Shown here: positions 1-10,951 of the stretch, one piece after another | Layout of the letters: each line of letters opens with the position of its first letter | Numbering within the stretch: the stretch's first letter is position 1 | Assembly: GCA_034189385.1 (NCBI GenBank) | Contig: JAXHVD010000001.1 | Coordinates: 224,001-288,000, forward strand | Direction: 5' to 3' | Length of the DNA stretch: 64,000 nucleotides | From: Thermodesulfobacteriota bacterium | GTDB taxonomy: Bacteria > Desulfobacterota > Desulfobacteria > Desulfobacterales > C00003060 | Notes under the pieces: generated by a model | The model's database searches: none | Seen by the model: only the letters and a program-made list of their open reading frames with translations | Told to the model about the DNA's origin: nothing | Program-made: the position numbers and the translations under genes

Positions 1-198
1 AAAGTGGCAGAAAGAATAAGGGAGCAGTTTGAGGCCGTAGCGTTCACTCCTGCCGAGGGCATACACGTTGATGCCACCATTAGCGTGGGGATTGCGGAGT
101 ACCAACCAGACGAGGGGCTGACGGAGTTTGCAAAAAGGGCCGATGAGGCCATGTACAACGCAAAAAGGCAGGGAGGAGGCCAGACGGTTCTTGCGTAA
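1..198 (+). CDS. Diguanylate cyclase (GGDEF domain), C-terminal part; begins before the window
   Basis: AERIR..TISVGIAEY..RADEAMYNAKRQG is the typical GGDEF C-terminus. Confidence 0.85.
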   Translation, partial: KVAERIREQFEAVAFTPAEGIHVDATISVGIAEYQPDEGLTEFAKRADEAMYNAKRQGGGQTVLA

Positions 199-206
199 GG
201 CCCCTG

Positions 207-2591
207 TCACTTCGTTACTATCTTCACAATGGTAACACCCAGGTTGCTCTCGTTTAGACCTCCGGGACGGGTGGACTGCACCAGGGGGTGTTGGTTTAAA
301 AATGGGATGAGGTGATTGCGAAGGGCTCCAGATCCTACCCCATGAATGATTCGAACCTCCTTTAGACCGGCCAGCAGGGCATCATCCAAGTACTTGTCCA
401 CCACTTCCAATGCTTGCTCCACACGCATCCCACGCATGTCGGCTTCAGGTCGCACCCTATCGGGAACAGGTATCTCGACTCGGAAAACGCGGTCTGTTGA
501 GGGCTGGCCGCCATCTTCAGCCAGGCCCAATTCTTCCCTGGGCACGTGGGCTTTGAGTTTTCCAAAGGCCGTGAGGACACGACCGGTCTGATCTTGCTCA
601 GAGAGCACCGTACCGGTCATGCCGGTGCGTCTCCAAGCCACCCGGCTTCCTGGCCGAAATGCCGTTTTCAAAGGGGCTTTGCTGTCACCGGGCTGGGGAG
701 GGGGTTGGCGTTGAATTTGCCTCTTCACCGTCTCTTTTTCTTTCTGGATAAGCCCCTTGGCTTTACGGATGCCTTCCCTGGTGGCACCGGTCTCCCGAAT
801 GGTCCTTATGGCCTGTTCCACGGTAGCGTTTGCCTGGTCGACAATGGCCCCTGCTTCTTCAGCGGCCCTGTTCCGTAGCCCCTCTGCCTCGCGTTCAAAG
901 CCAGCTTGCGTCTCCTCAACCTGTCTTTTCAAGCGATCCACTGCGAGCCTTTCTGAGTCTAAATCCCTTTTTAATCGCTTATTTTCCTCGATCTGCTGCT
1001 CAAGCCTCAGGATCAACTCCTCCAGCCGATTGGCTTGACTGCCCATCAAGGTCCTGGAGCGGGCTACCACCTCCTCTGGAAGTCCCATCCGTTTGGCGAT
1101 CTCAAGGGCATAGCTGGAACCAGGAATGTCGGCTCGGAACCGGTACGTAGGGGTCAGGGTTTGTGCGTCAAAGGCCATAGATCCGTTGGCAATCCCTGGA
1201 GTTTGATGGGCAAAGGCCTTCAACGCCCCGTGATGGGTTGTCACCACAGTCATGACACGACGACCCGTCAGGGCCTCTAATACGGCCATGGCCAAGGCCG
1301 CCCCCTCCTGGGGGTCGGTGCCGGTGCCGATCTCGTCGATAAGGACCAGGTCTTGGGAGGTCGCCCCCTCCACGATCCCTTTCATCTCATGAAGGTGGGC
1401 TGAGAAGGTGGAGAGATCCATCTCAATGGATTGGGCATCGCCCACATGGGCAAAGATACGGCCAAAGAGCGGGATCTGAGAATCGGCATCGGCTGGCACA
1501 TGAAGCCCGCAGGAGACCATGAGTGTCAGGAGTCCCAGGGTCTTCAGGGCAACGGTCTTTCCCCCGGCATTTGGCCCCGTGATCACTAGTGTATGAAAGG
1601 CATTGCCCATAGAGAGATTTAGAGGCACCACACTGGAGGTGGGACCTTTCTTTAAGGCAAGCAGGGGATGGCGGCCGTTTCTTATCTGAAGAATGCCATC
1701 TGTATTAACGGCTGGCTCGTGTTGATTCAAGGCCTTGGATGCCAGCCCCATGGCGTTTACACAATCAAGGGTGACAAGGGTGTCAGCGTTTCGGGTCAGG
1801 TCAAACAGGTGCTCGCGCACCTTCTCGGTCAAGGCGTAGAGGATCTTTTCAATTTCGTGATACTCTTCTACTTCAAGACGACGGATCTGGTTATTCAGCT
1901 CCAATGTCACCAGTGGCTCCAAGAAGACCGTCGCCCCGCTGGCGGACTTGTCATGGAGGACCCCTTTTACCAGATGTTTGTGCGTCTCTTTCACCGGCAG
2001 GACCCATCTTCCTGAACGCATGGTGATCAGGCGTTCCTGGAGCACGTCCTGACGCCCCAGCCTGTGGAGGAGGGCTTCCATCTGGCTGCGCACCTGTTCA
2101 CGGGCACGGGCCATCTTGCGACGGATGGCGGCCAGGGCCGGGCTGGCCCGGTCTAGAATGTCGAAAGATCGCAGGTCAATCACCCTGGTGATCTCCTTTG
2201 CCAGGCCAGGGTTGGGGACAAGATCTGTCGCAGCTTCGTGGAGGAGGGGAAAATGGGTCTGATTTTTCTTGACAAAGGCGTGAATGCTGGCGCTCAATTC
2301 CAAAATTCTGTGAATTTGGCGAAAGGCCTTCGGCTCCAGACGGCTTCCTTCCACGGTCAATGACTTGAGATGGGGCCCTATGTCGTCAAAAGCATCCATG
2401 GGAAAGGTCCCGCCAGAATCCATCCATGTCCGGATCTCTGATATTCTTGCCAGGCTCTCTAACGCTAGCTCAGGGCTTGAAAGGGGTTTCAGCCGCTGAA
2501 GGCGTTCGGCCGCAACAGGGCAATGGGCGCGGCGGGCCAGGTCCTCTAGGACCTTGTCGAATTCTAGGGTCTGATAAAGAGGATTGCTCAA
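207..2591 (-). CDS. mutS2: Endonuclease MutS2
   Basis: TLEFDKV N-terminus, ITGPNAGGKT Walker A, IDEIGTGTDP, TTHH, C-terminal Smr domain (DMRGMRV..IIHGVGSG). Start placed at TTG 2591; ORF is open to 2666. Confidence 0.95.
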   Translation of the reverse strand: MSNPLYQTLEFDKVLEDLARRAHCPVAAERLQRLKPLSSPELALESLARISEIRTWMDSGGTFPMDAFDDIGPHLKSLTVEGSRLEPKAFRQIHRILELSASIHAFVKKNQTHFPLLHEAATDLVPNPGLAKEITRVIDLRSFDILDRASPALAAIRRKMARAREQVRSQMEALLHRLGRQDVLQERLITMRSGRWVLPVKETHKHLVKGVLHDKSASGATVFLEPLVTLELNNQIRRLEVEEYHEIEKILYALTEKVREHLFDLTRNADTLVTLDCVNAMGLASKALNQHEPAVNTDGILQIRNGRHPLLALKKGPTSSVVPLNLSMGNAFHTLVITGPNAGGKTVALKTLGLLTLMVSCGLHVPADADSQIPLFGRIFAHVGDAQSIEMDLSTFSAHLHEMKGIVEGATSQDLVLIDEIGTGTDPQEGAALAMAVLEALTGRRVMTVVTTHHGALKAFAHQTPGIANGSMAFDAQTLTPTYRFRADIPGSSYALEIAKRMGLPEEVVARSRTLMGSQANRLEELILRLEQQIEENKRLKRDLDSERLAVDRLKRQVEETQAGFEREAEGLRNRAAEEAGAIVDQANATVEQAIRTIRETGATREGIRKAKGLIQKEKETVKRQIQRQPPPQPGDSKAPLKTAFRPGSRVAWRRTGMTGTVLSEQDQTGRVLTAFGKLKAHVPREELGLAEDGGQPSTDRVFRVEIPVPDRVRPEADMRGMRVEQALEVVDKYLDDALLAGLKEVRIIHGVGSGALRNHLIPFLNQHPLVQSTRPGGLNESNLGVTIVKIVTK

Positions 2592-2780
2592 GGCTTGATG
2601 GACTCGCAGACAAAGACTTGTCGATAGGTCGTCACCTTTGGACCGGATAATAGGTTGACCACGCATAACCTCTCATGTATGGATTGTCAACGCCAAAAGG
2701 GGCGCACAGAAGAGGCGTGCGTTGGAGGTTCTGAGGCCTACCTTGCCTTGAACTGTGTTGAGAGAAGAAAGAGAGGGGCA

Positions 2781-3164
2781 TTGAAAGAGGAGATCCAGAA
2801 GAGGGCACTGCGGGCCATCAGGGCCATTCCAAAGGGCTACTTGAGCGACTTGGTGGTGAAAGAAACCATTCGGTGCGTCCTGTATGAGTTTTTAAAGGAA
2901 AAGGGTCTTCGACCCGTTCCTGCCTTCCGGAATCCTCGCTTTCCAGAGGGCCCTGTGGACATCGTGGGTGTAAAGGAAGATCATGCCGTTGAGATTGCCT
3001 TTTCGAGCAACCCTACGATTGAGCTCAAAGACATCAAGAGTCTGGAACGGGTGGCCTGTGAGAAGAAATTCGTGCTCAGCTTTTCTCCCAATCAAGAAAA
3101 GGTTAAGATGAGCACCTTTTTCCTAAAACCCGGCATCGAGCATATTGATATCTACGAAAGGTGA
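2781..3164 (+). CDS. Hypothetical protein, possible PD-(D/E)XK-like fold
   Basis: TTG start after GAGGGG; GPVDIVG..VEIAF pattern; product is inference. Confidence 0.55.
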   Translation: MKEEIQKRALRAIRAIPKGYLSDLVVKETIRCVLYEFLKEKGLRPVPAFRNPRFPEGPVDIVGVKEDHAVEIAFSSNPTIELKDIKSLERVACEKKFVLSFSPNQEKVKMSTFFLKPGIEHIDIYER

Positions 3165-3321
3165 GCCTTTGCCCTTCAGCCCGGAGACGCCAAGGTCGCG
3201 ACCGTAGCTGTTGAGCTGTTGGCTCATGAGCTGATTGGCTTACCAGCTTTCTTCCTCTGCACTTTGCTGTAGACGACTTTGCCTCTGGTTTTTCCGGGCC
3301 TCTTAAGATGAGTTCAGCCAT

Positions 3322-4077
3322 ATGAGCCAAACATTTCCTGTCATTGATACCCATGCCCATTTAGACGAGCTTCCGGACCCACAGGAGGACATCGAAAGGG
3401 CCAGGGAGGGGGGCGTTGTCGGCATCGTGGCCGTGGGCCAAGACATCACCTCCAACGAGAAGACCTTAGAGATAGCAAGTCAGAACCAGGGATTGGTCTT
3501 TCCGGCCCTGGGGTATCATCCTTGGCGGCTCAACCCGGACGATGATGAAAAGACCCTTGCCCAGATTGAGACACACCTCCCCCAGTGCGTTGCCCTGGGC
3601 GAAGTGGGCCTGGACTACAAGGCCAAGACCAAGAAAAAGGTCCAAAAGGCCATGTTTGTTAGAATCTTGGCCATAGCCAAGAAACACGACAAACCGGTCA
3701 TTGTGCACTGCCGGTATTCCCACCAAACAGCTTATGAGATGATCAGAGAGGCTGGCCTCAAGATGGCGGTTTTTCACTGGTACAGCGGCCCCCTGGAATT
3801 GATCCCCCTTATCGCAGCTGCGGGCTATTACATGTCTGCCTGTCCGGCCCTTCTCTACAACCCTTATCATGAAAAGGCCATAGCGGCCGTGCCCCTTTCC
3901 AACCTTCTTCTGGAGACAGACACACCGGTCCAGTATCAGGAATTGGTCTCAAGGCCAGTCCATGTCCAGGTTACCTTAAAAGAAGCGGCCCGCGTCAAGG
4001 GAATCAGCGCTGAGGAAATCGCAGCGGAGACCACGGAAAATGCCAGACGGTGCTTTGGCTTAAAGGGGCCGGCCTAA
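3322..4077 (+). CDS. tatD: TatD family hydrolase
   Basis: IDTHAHL, GYHP, GEVGLDY, VHCR, FHWYSG, LLETD motifs. Confidence 0.93.
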   Translation: MSQTFPVIDTHAHLDELPDPQEDIERAREGGVVGIVAVGQDITSNEKTLEIASQNQGLVFPALGYHPWRLNPDDDEKTLAQIETHLPQCVALGEVGLDYKAKTKKKVQKAMFVRILAIAKKHDKPVIVHCRYSHQTAYEMIREAGLKMAVFHWYSGPLELIPLIAAAGYYMSACPALLYNPYHEKAIAAVPLSNLLLETDTPVQYQELVSRPVHVQVTLKEAARVKGISAEEIAAETTENARRCFGLKGPA

Positions 4078-4091
4078 GGACCTTCCTATTC

Positions 4092-4303
4092 TGAACCGAT
4101 TAAGCGAGCGCATTTTCCACAGGAGAGCTACGGCAGCCCCCGTAGGTTCTGCCTGACGGCAGTGGTTCTGCGCGTTGGCAGTGCTAGCGCGGAGCGGGCT
4201 GCGGGGTTAGCGAGCGTATATAAAATGAGACATATTCCTTACGGTCGCTGCGACGCACTGCCGCTAGGTAGAACATTCCCTGCAGCTTGCTGCAGGGTCT
4301 TCA
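4092..4303. repeat. REP/MITE-like repeat family A, copy 1
   Basis: Starts TGAACCGATTAAGCGAGCGCATT, ends CCCTGCAGCTTGCTGCAGGGTCTTCA; recurs at 7416, 31798, 32345, 39728. Confidence 0.9.
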
Positions 4304-4951
4304 ATGATATTGTGGCAGCATCATTTGTAGGCTCCAAAAAGGTCAAGGCCCAGCTCTCTTCCGTCTTCCGTTGTCTCTTTTCATTTCGTCTTGTGAGCGG
4401 ACACTGCGAGAGATACCAGCAGGTTCTGCAGACGAAGACCCATCAACCCTGAGGGGGGATCCACATGAAAAGGCCACTGAAAGCATGCCTGCCCAGCTCC
4501 TGACAGGGTGGCCTGTGTCAAATCCTTGGTAACGTTCAAAAGTTGCGGCAAAGGCCTTCAGCAGGCAGTCAGAGGGATAGGGGTGATCGCTAAACGCAGG
4601 CATACAGCCATTGCCATCTACACAAATGGCATAGGCGACCTAAAGGCATTGGATGCCGAAGAGAAGCGATTATCCCTATCTCGAAGTTGGTCGTCCAGAA
4701 ATCCACCAAGTCAACACTTTTGAACGTTACTAAATCCTTAGGCCAACGGCACAAAAAGTTGGCCTAATGCCTTAAAGGTATATTATATATATCATCGCCT
4801 TAGCGTTCGATCCCAGAAGGTCTGAAAGAAACAAGAGGAAGCATGGCATGATGCTGCACGGCGATCGCTTTACAGCTTCAGATAGCCTTTTATGCTTTGC
4901 ATCCCCGCCGCTGGTTCGGCGCAAACCTATTGAAGGCTGGATTTCACGCCG

Positions 4952-5185
4952 TTGAGACCTGAGACCAGACGCAAGATTGATTTGTGGCTGGGGAAACCAT
5001 GCTGCGCCGTTCTCACGCTCCTTGCGAAGATGGGAGACCGAAGGGGCAAAGGCAACGACCCAAGCGCACCGCCCCAGAAGATTCTGCTGCTAAAACTGAT
5101 TGAACAGGGCACCACGGTTTTGGCCTGTCCTGCAATGACAACCGCTGTCTGCAGCAGATTTCAGTGGCGCAGGTTTTTGAAATAG
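4952..5185 (+). pseudogene. N-terminal fragment of a GT9 (heptosyltransferase-like) glycosyltransferase
   Basis: RKIDLWLGKPCC..KILLLKLIEQGTTVLA resembles GT9 N-termini; truncated at 77 aa. Confidence 0.55.
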
Positions 5186-5337
5186 TACGGGATCTTCTCT
5201 CAAAGGGGAGGGTGGCGGGTAGGAAGGTCAAGAGTATACAAAAAGAGGCGTGAAGCGACACCCAAACTCCTAACCTCGCCGCTTATGTGTAGCACGGCGC
5301 CGGCATCTCGCCATCTGAGTCAGTCAACGAGGAATGC

Positions 5338-7245
5338 ATGAACATCACTGCAAAAGCTTCTCTTATGCGCGCCTGCACCCTTTTCCTTCTGAGCCTGGTG
5401 GTGTATCTCCCAGCCATACCAGGGGATTTTCTCTGGGACGACAATATCCATCTCACTGACAATCTATTGACCAGAGAAAGCGGCCTCTTTCGTTCTTGGT
5501 TTACAACGGAGCAATGTAACTACTGGCCTTTGACCTGGACAGTACTTTGGGTGGGATGGCAATTTTGGGGATCGGATCCGCTAGGCTACCACGTCATTAA
5601 CATACTTCTGCACGCGGCTATTTCATTACTCATCTGGTGTATTTTACGGCGACTTCGGGTGCCAGGGGCCTGGCTTGCGGCAGTCATCTTTGTGGTGCAC
5701 CCAGTGAACGTGCAGACCGTGGCCTGGATTACCCAGATCAAGAATCTGTTAGCTATGTTTTTCTATTTGTTGGCTATACTTGGCTACCTAACATTCGAAC
5801 ATAAGAAACTAACGCGCTGGTATTTCTGCTCGCTCCTTGCCTTTCTTATGGCAGGTTTGAGCAAGACTTCGGTGGTCATGCTCCCGTTTGTGCTTATAGG
5901 GTGCGCTTGGTGGCAACGAGGTAAGATTTCCAGAGAAGACTTGATGAGAAGTCTCCCGTTCTTTGCCCTCGGCGGAGTCCTTGGTATTAATGAGATTTGG
6001 TTTCAGTACAGTTCGATAGGTGAGGATGTTGTCAGACCTGAGGGGTTCTTTTCTCGTCTTGCCGGGGCGGGTTGGGCCGTTTGGTTCTATTTGTATAAAG
6101 CCCTCATTCCCTACAAACTGAGTTTTATATATCCCCGATGGAATATAGACCCCGTCTCGATCATCTCTTATCTGCCTGCCATCATGTTGTTGGCGCTCTT
6201 TGTACTCTCCTGGCGTTATCGGGGACATTGGGGAAAGGCCTTTCTATTTGGACTCGGATACTTTGTGGTCACACTTTTTCCCGTACTGGGCTTTTTCGAC
6301 ATTAACTTCATGCGGTTTTCTCTGGTGGCGGATCACTGGCAGTATACCTCAATCATTGGCATCATTGCACTGGCAGTCGGGACAACAGTTTCTACTTGGC
6401 ATCATTGGCAAAGCCGACTCCGTAATTTGGGAATTGCCATTGCAGCCGTCCTGGTCGGCTTGCTCAGTGTTTTCACCTGGGTTCGGTGCCACGGTTATAG
6501 TAATCCGGAAGCACTTTACCGTAACACAATTGCCAAGAATCCCAAGGCATGGATGGCACACAGTAATTTGGGGACATTACTGGCGGCTGAAGGCAAGTTT
6601 GATGAGGCCATAGAGCATTGTTCCGAAGCCCTTCGCATCAACCCTACCCATGCGTGGATACATGGTGCCTTGGCCAATGCACTGGTTGGACAAGGAAGGT
6701 CTGATGCGGCCATTCGTCATTTCTATGAGGCCGTCAGACTCAAACCAGACTTCGCCGAAGCCCACAATGATCTCGGGCTAGCTTTAAAGAAGCAGGGCAG
6801 GGTGGATAAGGCTATCTCTCATTTTTCTGACGCAGTGAAGATTGAACCAGAATTCGTAGAGGCTTGTCTTAACTTAGGACTCACCCTGGCTGAACAGGGA
6901 AGGATCAATCAGGCGGTCCATCATTTTTCCGAGGTGGTGAGGCTTAAACCCGACTCGGCGGATGGGCATTACAGTCTTGGCCTCGGCCTTGCTTTGCTGG
7001 GCAACAGAGACAGAGCCGTTTTTCACTTTTCTGAAACATTGCGGATCAGACCGCATCATGCGGAAGCTCATCTCAACCTGGGCGCCGTGCTTGCGAGTCA
7101 AGGCAGACTCGACGACGCCATCCGCCATTTTTCAGAGGCCCTTCGAATCAAGCCTGACCTCGTTCAGGCGAAGCAGTATTTGACACAGGCCTTGAAGGAT
7201 AGTGGGCGGCCATTGGGGAAATGGAGCAGCCCTCCAGACCGCTGA
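5338..7245 (+). CDS. TMTC-like membrane protein (GT-C-type N-terminus) with C-terminal TPR repeats
   Basis: FLWDD, YWPLT, HPVNVQTVAWI, DHWQY motifs, many TM segments, about 6-7 TPRs. Confidence 0.85.
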   Translation: MNITAKASLMRACTLFLLSLVVYLPAIPGDFLWDDNIHLTDNLLTRESGLFRSWFTTEQCNYWPLTWTVLWVGWQFWGSDPLGYHVINILLHAAISLLIWCILRRLRVPGAWLAAVIFVVHPVNVQTVAWITQIKNLLAMFFYLLAILGYLTFEHKKLTRWYFCSLLAFLMAGLSKTSVVMLPFVLIGCAWWQRGKISREDLMRSLPFFALGGVLGINEIWFQYSSIGEDVVRPEGFFSRLAGAGWAVWFYLYKALIPYKLSFIYPRWNIDPVSIISYLPAIMLLALFVLSWRYRGHWGKAFLFGLGYFVVTLFPVLGFFDINFMRFSLVADHWQYTSIIGIIALAVGTTVSTWHHWQSRLRNLGIAIAAVLVGLLSVFTWVRCHGYSNPEALYRNTIAKNPKAWMAHSNLGTLLAAEGKFDEAIEHCSEALRINPTHAWIHGALANALVGQGRSDAAIRHFYEAVRLKPDFAEAHNDLGLALKKQGRVDKAISHFSDAVKIEPEFVEACLNLGLTLAEQGRINQAVHHFSEVVRLKPDSADGHYSLGLGLALLGNRDRAVFHFSETLRIRPHHAEAHLNLGAVLASQGRLDDAIRHFSEALRIKPDLVQAKQYLTQALKDSGRPLGKWSSPPDR

Positions 7246-7415
7246 CATGGAAGTCTTAATAAGACTGCAGCTTTTTTGTTTATACGCTTCCACCCCCAAC
7301 ACTGCTTTTTCCAGACGATTTAGCCTAAAAGTCTATTCTGCCTGCCACCGCAGCTGTTGTAGCTCAAGAAAGGCCTGCTATGATCAGGGAGGAACCAGGG
7401 GCACTGCTGAAGAGT

Positions 7416-7634
7416 TGAACCGAATAAGCGAGCGCATTCTCCATAGGAGAGCTACCGCAGCCCCTGCAGGTTCTGCCCGTTGGCGGTGCTTGCGCGGCAA
7501 AGGCTGCGGGGTTAGCGAGCATATAGTTAAAAAGAGAACAACCTTACGGTGAACATTGCCCGTGGGTTCTGCCTGACGGCAGTGGTTCTGTCCGTTGGCA
7601 GTGCTAGCGCGGCGCAGGCTACGGGGAGGGTTCA
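7416..7634. repeat. REP/MITE-like repeat family A, copy 2 (composite)
   Basis: TGAACCGAATAAGCGAGCGCATT ... GGGGAGGGTTCA; internal module present twice. Confidence 0.85.
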
Positions 7635-7913
7635 AAACAAGTTGATGTCATTTTCAAGGAAGTCCTTTAAAAAGTCATGCATTTCGATTCGTCCAAGTAT
7701 ATGAACCTCTTCTTAGTTTCCGGGGGGTATCTCCGTAATTGTCGGCACTCACATGACATACAGCAGACTGGGGTGTTCCCTTTTCGTTTCTAGGGAGGCT
7801 CCCGCCTGGGACCCGGTTCAAGGCCTTGACAATATCCTGCAATGGGTTATGAAAATCTTGGTAGCATCATTTCCGTTCCGGTTTTCACAGGACTTCAAGA
7901 AGGGAGGATCACG

Positions 7914-8402
7914 ATGAAGAAGTGTCTTATCATCATGGTAGTACTGGGGCTGGCCGTGGCTTGGTCATTTACCGGGCTTTGCCAGGACAAGGAAGAGCCG
8001 GCCCAGCGCGAAGGATACGGTCGCAGTTGGCAACTAGGGGGCCGGACAGGGTACGGCTGGGGTCCAGGTTATATGAGGGAGTACAGCTATGCCATGCCCC
8101 CTGATTACTCCATGCCGGGGCCCTTACAGTCTTTGAAGCCAGAGGACCGCAAGAAGTGGGAGAAGATGTGGGCCCAATACTTGATGGAGACCATGGAGAC
8201 CAGAAAGCAAATTGCCGTGAAGCGGATTGAATTAGAGACCCTTTGGGCCCAGCCGGATTTCGACCGGGCAAAGGTTGAGAAGCTTTCCAGTGAGCTGTCT
8301 GAGCTTTACAACCAGCGGATGAAGGCGTGTGACAAATACGTGATAAAGGCGCGGGGAGAGTTCGGGAAGCTCGGATGGGCCTGCCCGCTGGGGATATGGT
8401 GA
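7914..8402 (+). CDS. Periplasmic ZraP/Spy/CpxP-like protein
   Basis: RBS GGAGG, signal peptide, G/Y/M-rich linker, helical ETRKQIAVKRIELETL..PD..KVEKLSSELSEL. Confidence 0.7.
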   Translation: MKKCLIIMVVLGLAVAWSFTGLCQDKEEPAQREGYGRSWQLGGRTGYGWGPGYMREYSYAMPPDYSMPGPLQSLKPEDRKKWEKMWAQYLMETMETRKQIAVKRIELETLWAQPDFDRAKVEKLSSELSELYNQRMKACDKYVIKARGEFGKLGWACPLGIW

Positions 8403-8589
8403 TCTGAAGCCCGGATCAGGCTTTTGTCGCCTCCGGTCCCAGAGGGTCATTTCTGTGGCTGGGGCCATTAGGGGCGCCTTTGATATTTGGTGTAGCGGCT
8501 GAATAGAATATTCACAGAATACAGGAAATGGAACTTGATATCGGCTTCGACGAGAGGTGCCAATGGGGGCTTCAACAAGGACCAAGAGG

Positions 8590-9207
8590 ATGGCAAGTAG
8601 GAAAAGATCCCTCACAATCCTTGTCATGATACTCTTTTCTTTGTTTGGACTACTCTGCGATAAGGCCCTGTCTCATCCACACGTATTCATTGTTCAGAGG
8701 ATAGAGATCGTTTTCGACGATAAAGGGTTGGCAGGCTTTGGAGTGGCTTGGACATTTGACGAGATGTTTTCCAGTATGATCGTGGGGGATTATGATAAGA
8801 ACCAGAACAGATCCTTGGAGCCAGATGAAATCAAAGCCATCAAAAAAGGCGCCTTTTCTTATCTATCGAACTATCATTACTTTACGTTTGTGAAAATTGA
8901 CGGACAACCCTTTGAGGTCAAGTTCGTCACGGATTTTTGGGCAGAGGTGAAGGAGAACAAGCTCATCTACAGATTCTTTGTCCCCTGTCACGTTGCCGCC
9001 AGATCTAGCCACAGGCACATTGTCGCGGCCAACTATGACCCTTCCTACTACACTGCCATCTTTTACGCAGAGGATCGTCCAGCAGCTTTGAAAAATGCAG
9101 GGGCGTTTGACGTAGGAACCGCTATCAGGCAAGATGCATCCACTTCCATATACTATGGCATGGTAAACCCTTGGGCGCTATTCTTAGATTTCCGAAAGAA
9201 GCAATGA
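8590..9207 (+). CDS. DUF1007 family periplasmic protein
   Basis: Signal peptide then HPHVFI, WTFDEMFS, YDPSYY; overlaps the RcnA-like gene (ATGA). Confidence 0.88.
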   Translation: MASRKRSLTILVMILFSLFGLLCDKALSHPHVFIVQRIEIVFDDKGLAGFGVAWTFDEMFSSMIVGDYDKNQNRSLEPDEIKAIKKGAFSYLSNYHYFTFVKIDGQPFEVKFVTDFWAEVKENKLIYRFFVPCHVAARSSHRHIVAANYDPSYYTAIFYAEDRPAALKNAGAFDVGTAIRQDASTSIYYGMVNPWALFLDFRKKQ

Positions 9208-10112
9208 AGAAGAGACTTGTTACAATCATCCTATCATTGTTCATCGCCGCGCTGTCTGTATCTCTTTCCAGCGCCCAGAATCCCTTTGTGACTGAGCCCG
9301 AGACACCAAAGCCAGGGTCTGCCTCTGCCGTGAAGAGCCGGCTGTTTTTGAAAATTCAGATGTGGCAGTACGACTTGAAGGAAACAATGTCTGGGCTCGT
9401 TCACGAAGCCAAGGATAGGGGGAGCGTTCAGCCCTTAGCGTTGCTCTTTCTAGCGGCATTCGCATACGGGGCCATCCATGCAGCCGGGCCGGGACATGGC
9501 AAGGCGATCGCCCTATCCTATATCTTGTCTCGACGGCCGACCTTGTTTCAAGGAATGTTGTTCAGTAATTCCCTCGCTCTTTTTCACGGGGCATCTGGTA
9601 TCATTTTTGTCTTAGCAGTCCGTGTCATTCTGAATCACAGTGTCGCCAAAAACCTTGAAAACGTCACCTACATCACGCAAATTATAAGTTTCAGCCTCGT
9701 TTTTTGTCTTGGTGTGTGGCTCTTCGTGAAAAGCCTCATGGCGTTGAAAAGACGCAAACATGGTGAGAGGCCAGGCTGTTCTCATCAAAGAGGGTCCAAG
9801 CAGTACTCCGGCCCCGTTCTCTCCGCCTTGGCAGTTGGGATGATTCCGTGTTCAGGCGTGGTGATGGTCATGCTCTTTGCCTTGTCACTGGACCTGATGG
9901 TCTTGGGCTTGGCGTTGGGGGTGACGATTTCCGTGGGCATGGCCTTGACTGTCTCTATTGTGGTCCTCATGGCCATGTCAGGCAAGGCCCTGTCCGTTTC
10001 CGCGGCTTCGAAGCACGGGAACCTGCTCACTTATGTGGAGTCCTCCATCGAAATCGTTGCCGGGCTGGCACTAGCCATCCTGGGACTTTTGTTCCTGGGT
10101 GCTAACCTCTAG
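9204..10112 (+). CDS. Nickel/cobalt transporter, RcnA/HoxN(NicO)-like
   Basis: YGAIHAAGPGHGKA and GMIPCSG motifs, multiple TM helices. Confidence 0.88.
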   Translation: MKKRLVTIILSLFIAALSVSLSSAQNPFVTEPETPKPGSASAVKSRLFLKIQMWQYDLKETMSGLVHEAKDRGSVQPLALLFLAAFAYGAIHAAGPGHGKAIALSYILSRRPTLFQGMLFSNSLALFHGASGIIFVLAVRVILNHSVAKNLENVTYITQIISFSLVFCLGVWLFVKSLMALKRRKHGERPGCSHQRGSKQYSGPVLSALAVGMIPCSGVVMVMLFALSLDLMVLGLALGVTISVGMALTVSIVVLMAMSGKALSVSAASKHGNLLTYVESSIEIVAGLALAILGLLFLGANL

Positions 10113-10227
10113 TGCACACCAGTTTCTATTTTTGGCAATCCGTCGCACGCGTCGTACTTGGATTGGTATTCGATGGCCCGGGAACAGCTAATACTGGAGG
10201 GATGGAAGTCCCAAGCTGATCAACGGG

Positions 10228-10680
10228 TTACATGTGGGCTTTGCACTTGGGGCAGTAACCGAACACCTCAAACTTATGACCTTGGACCGCAAAACCGTAT
10301 TTCTCACCCAGCTTCTTTTCAATCCTCTTTAATGATTTCTCACTAAATTCAAAGGTCTTGCCACAGCCTACACACCGAAGATGGCAGTGGTGCTCGTGTC
10401 CGTAGATGTGTTCATAGTGTAAGTGGCCGTCCTCAAAATAGGCCTCTTGAATGAGGCCGCATTCCAGCAAATAGGGAATCAGGCGGTAGATGGAAGGTTT
10501 GGATATCTTCTTGTTCTTTTTTCTTAAGCGCAGATAGAGCTCATCCACGTCGAAGTGATCGTGAGTCGCGAAGATCTCCTTGATGATCGTCTCGCGCTCA
10601 GGGGTGTTTCGAAGGCCCTTTTTCCGAACAAACTCACGGAACACGTCTATTTCGGTTTTCGTCTGTTCTGCGCGAGCCAT
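10228..10680 (-). CDS. fur: Fur family transcriptional regulator
   Basis: GLRNTPER, HFDVDELY, SIYR, HEHHCHLRCVGCG, GYCPKC. Confidence 0.92.
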   Translation of the reverse strand: MARAEQTKTEIDVFREFVRKKGLRNTPERETIIKEIFATHDHFDVDELYLRLRKKNKKISKPSIYRLIPYLLECGLIQEAYFEDGHLHYEHIYGHEHHCHLRCVGCGKTFEFSEKSLKRIEKKLGEKYGFAVQGHKFEVFGYCPKCKAHM

Positions 10681-10951
10681 AGAAGTTGATTTAACAGCTT
10701 ACATGGCTGTTGTCAATACGCAAAGCCGAAAGGAAATTGAGACACAGGTGCAGAAGCGCATCGTAGGATCATCGGCTGTTGGCGCCGACACCACCGGCTA
10801 GGGAGTTGGCGGACGCTTTGGTGTTGACCCAAGGCGTGGGCTATTATACTAAGATAGAAAGCAGAGCTTAGACGGCTGTAAGACGCCTCATTTGGATCAT
10901 TTTTTCTCTTCTTATCTCGCCCAAGGCTATGGGGTTGGAAAGGAGGCTGGC

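Noticed and set aside
4343..4700. Beta-propeller (SBBP-like) gene remnant, AYAICVDGNG
   Set aside because: Only one short motif; not enough to call
4840..4930. c-di-GMP-I riboswitch (minus-strand GGGATGCAAAGC)
   Set aside because: No GNRA-capped P2 or recognisable P3, and no intact downstream gene
8400..8505. UGA read-through at the end of the ZraP-like gene
   Set aside because: The protein already looks complete and I saw no convincing SECIS
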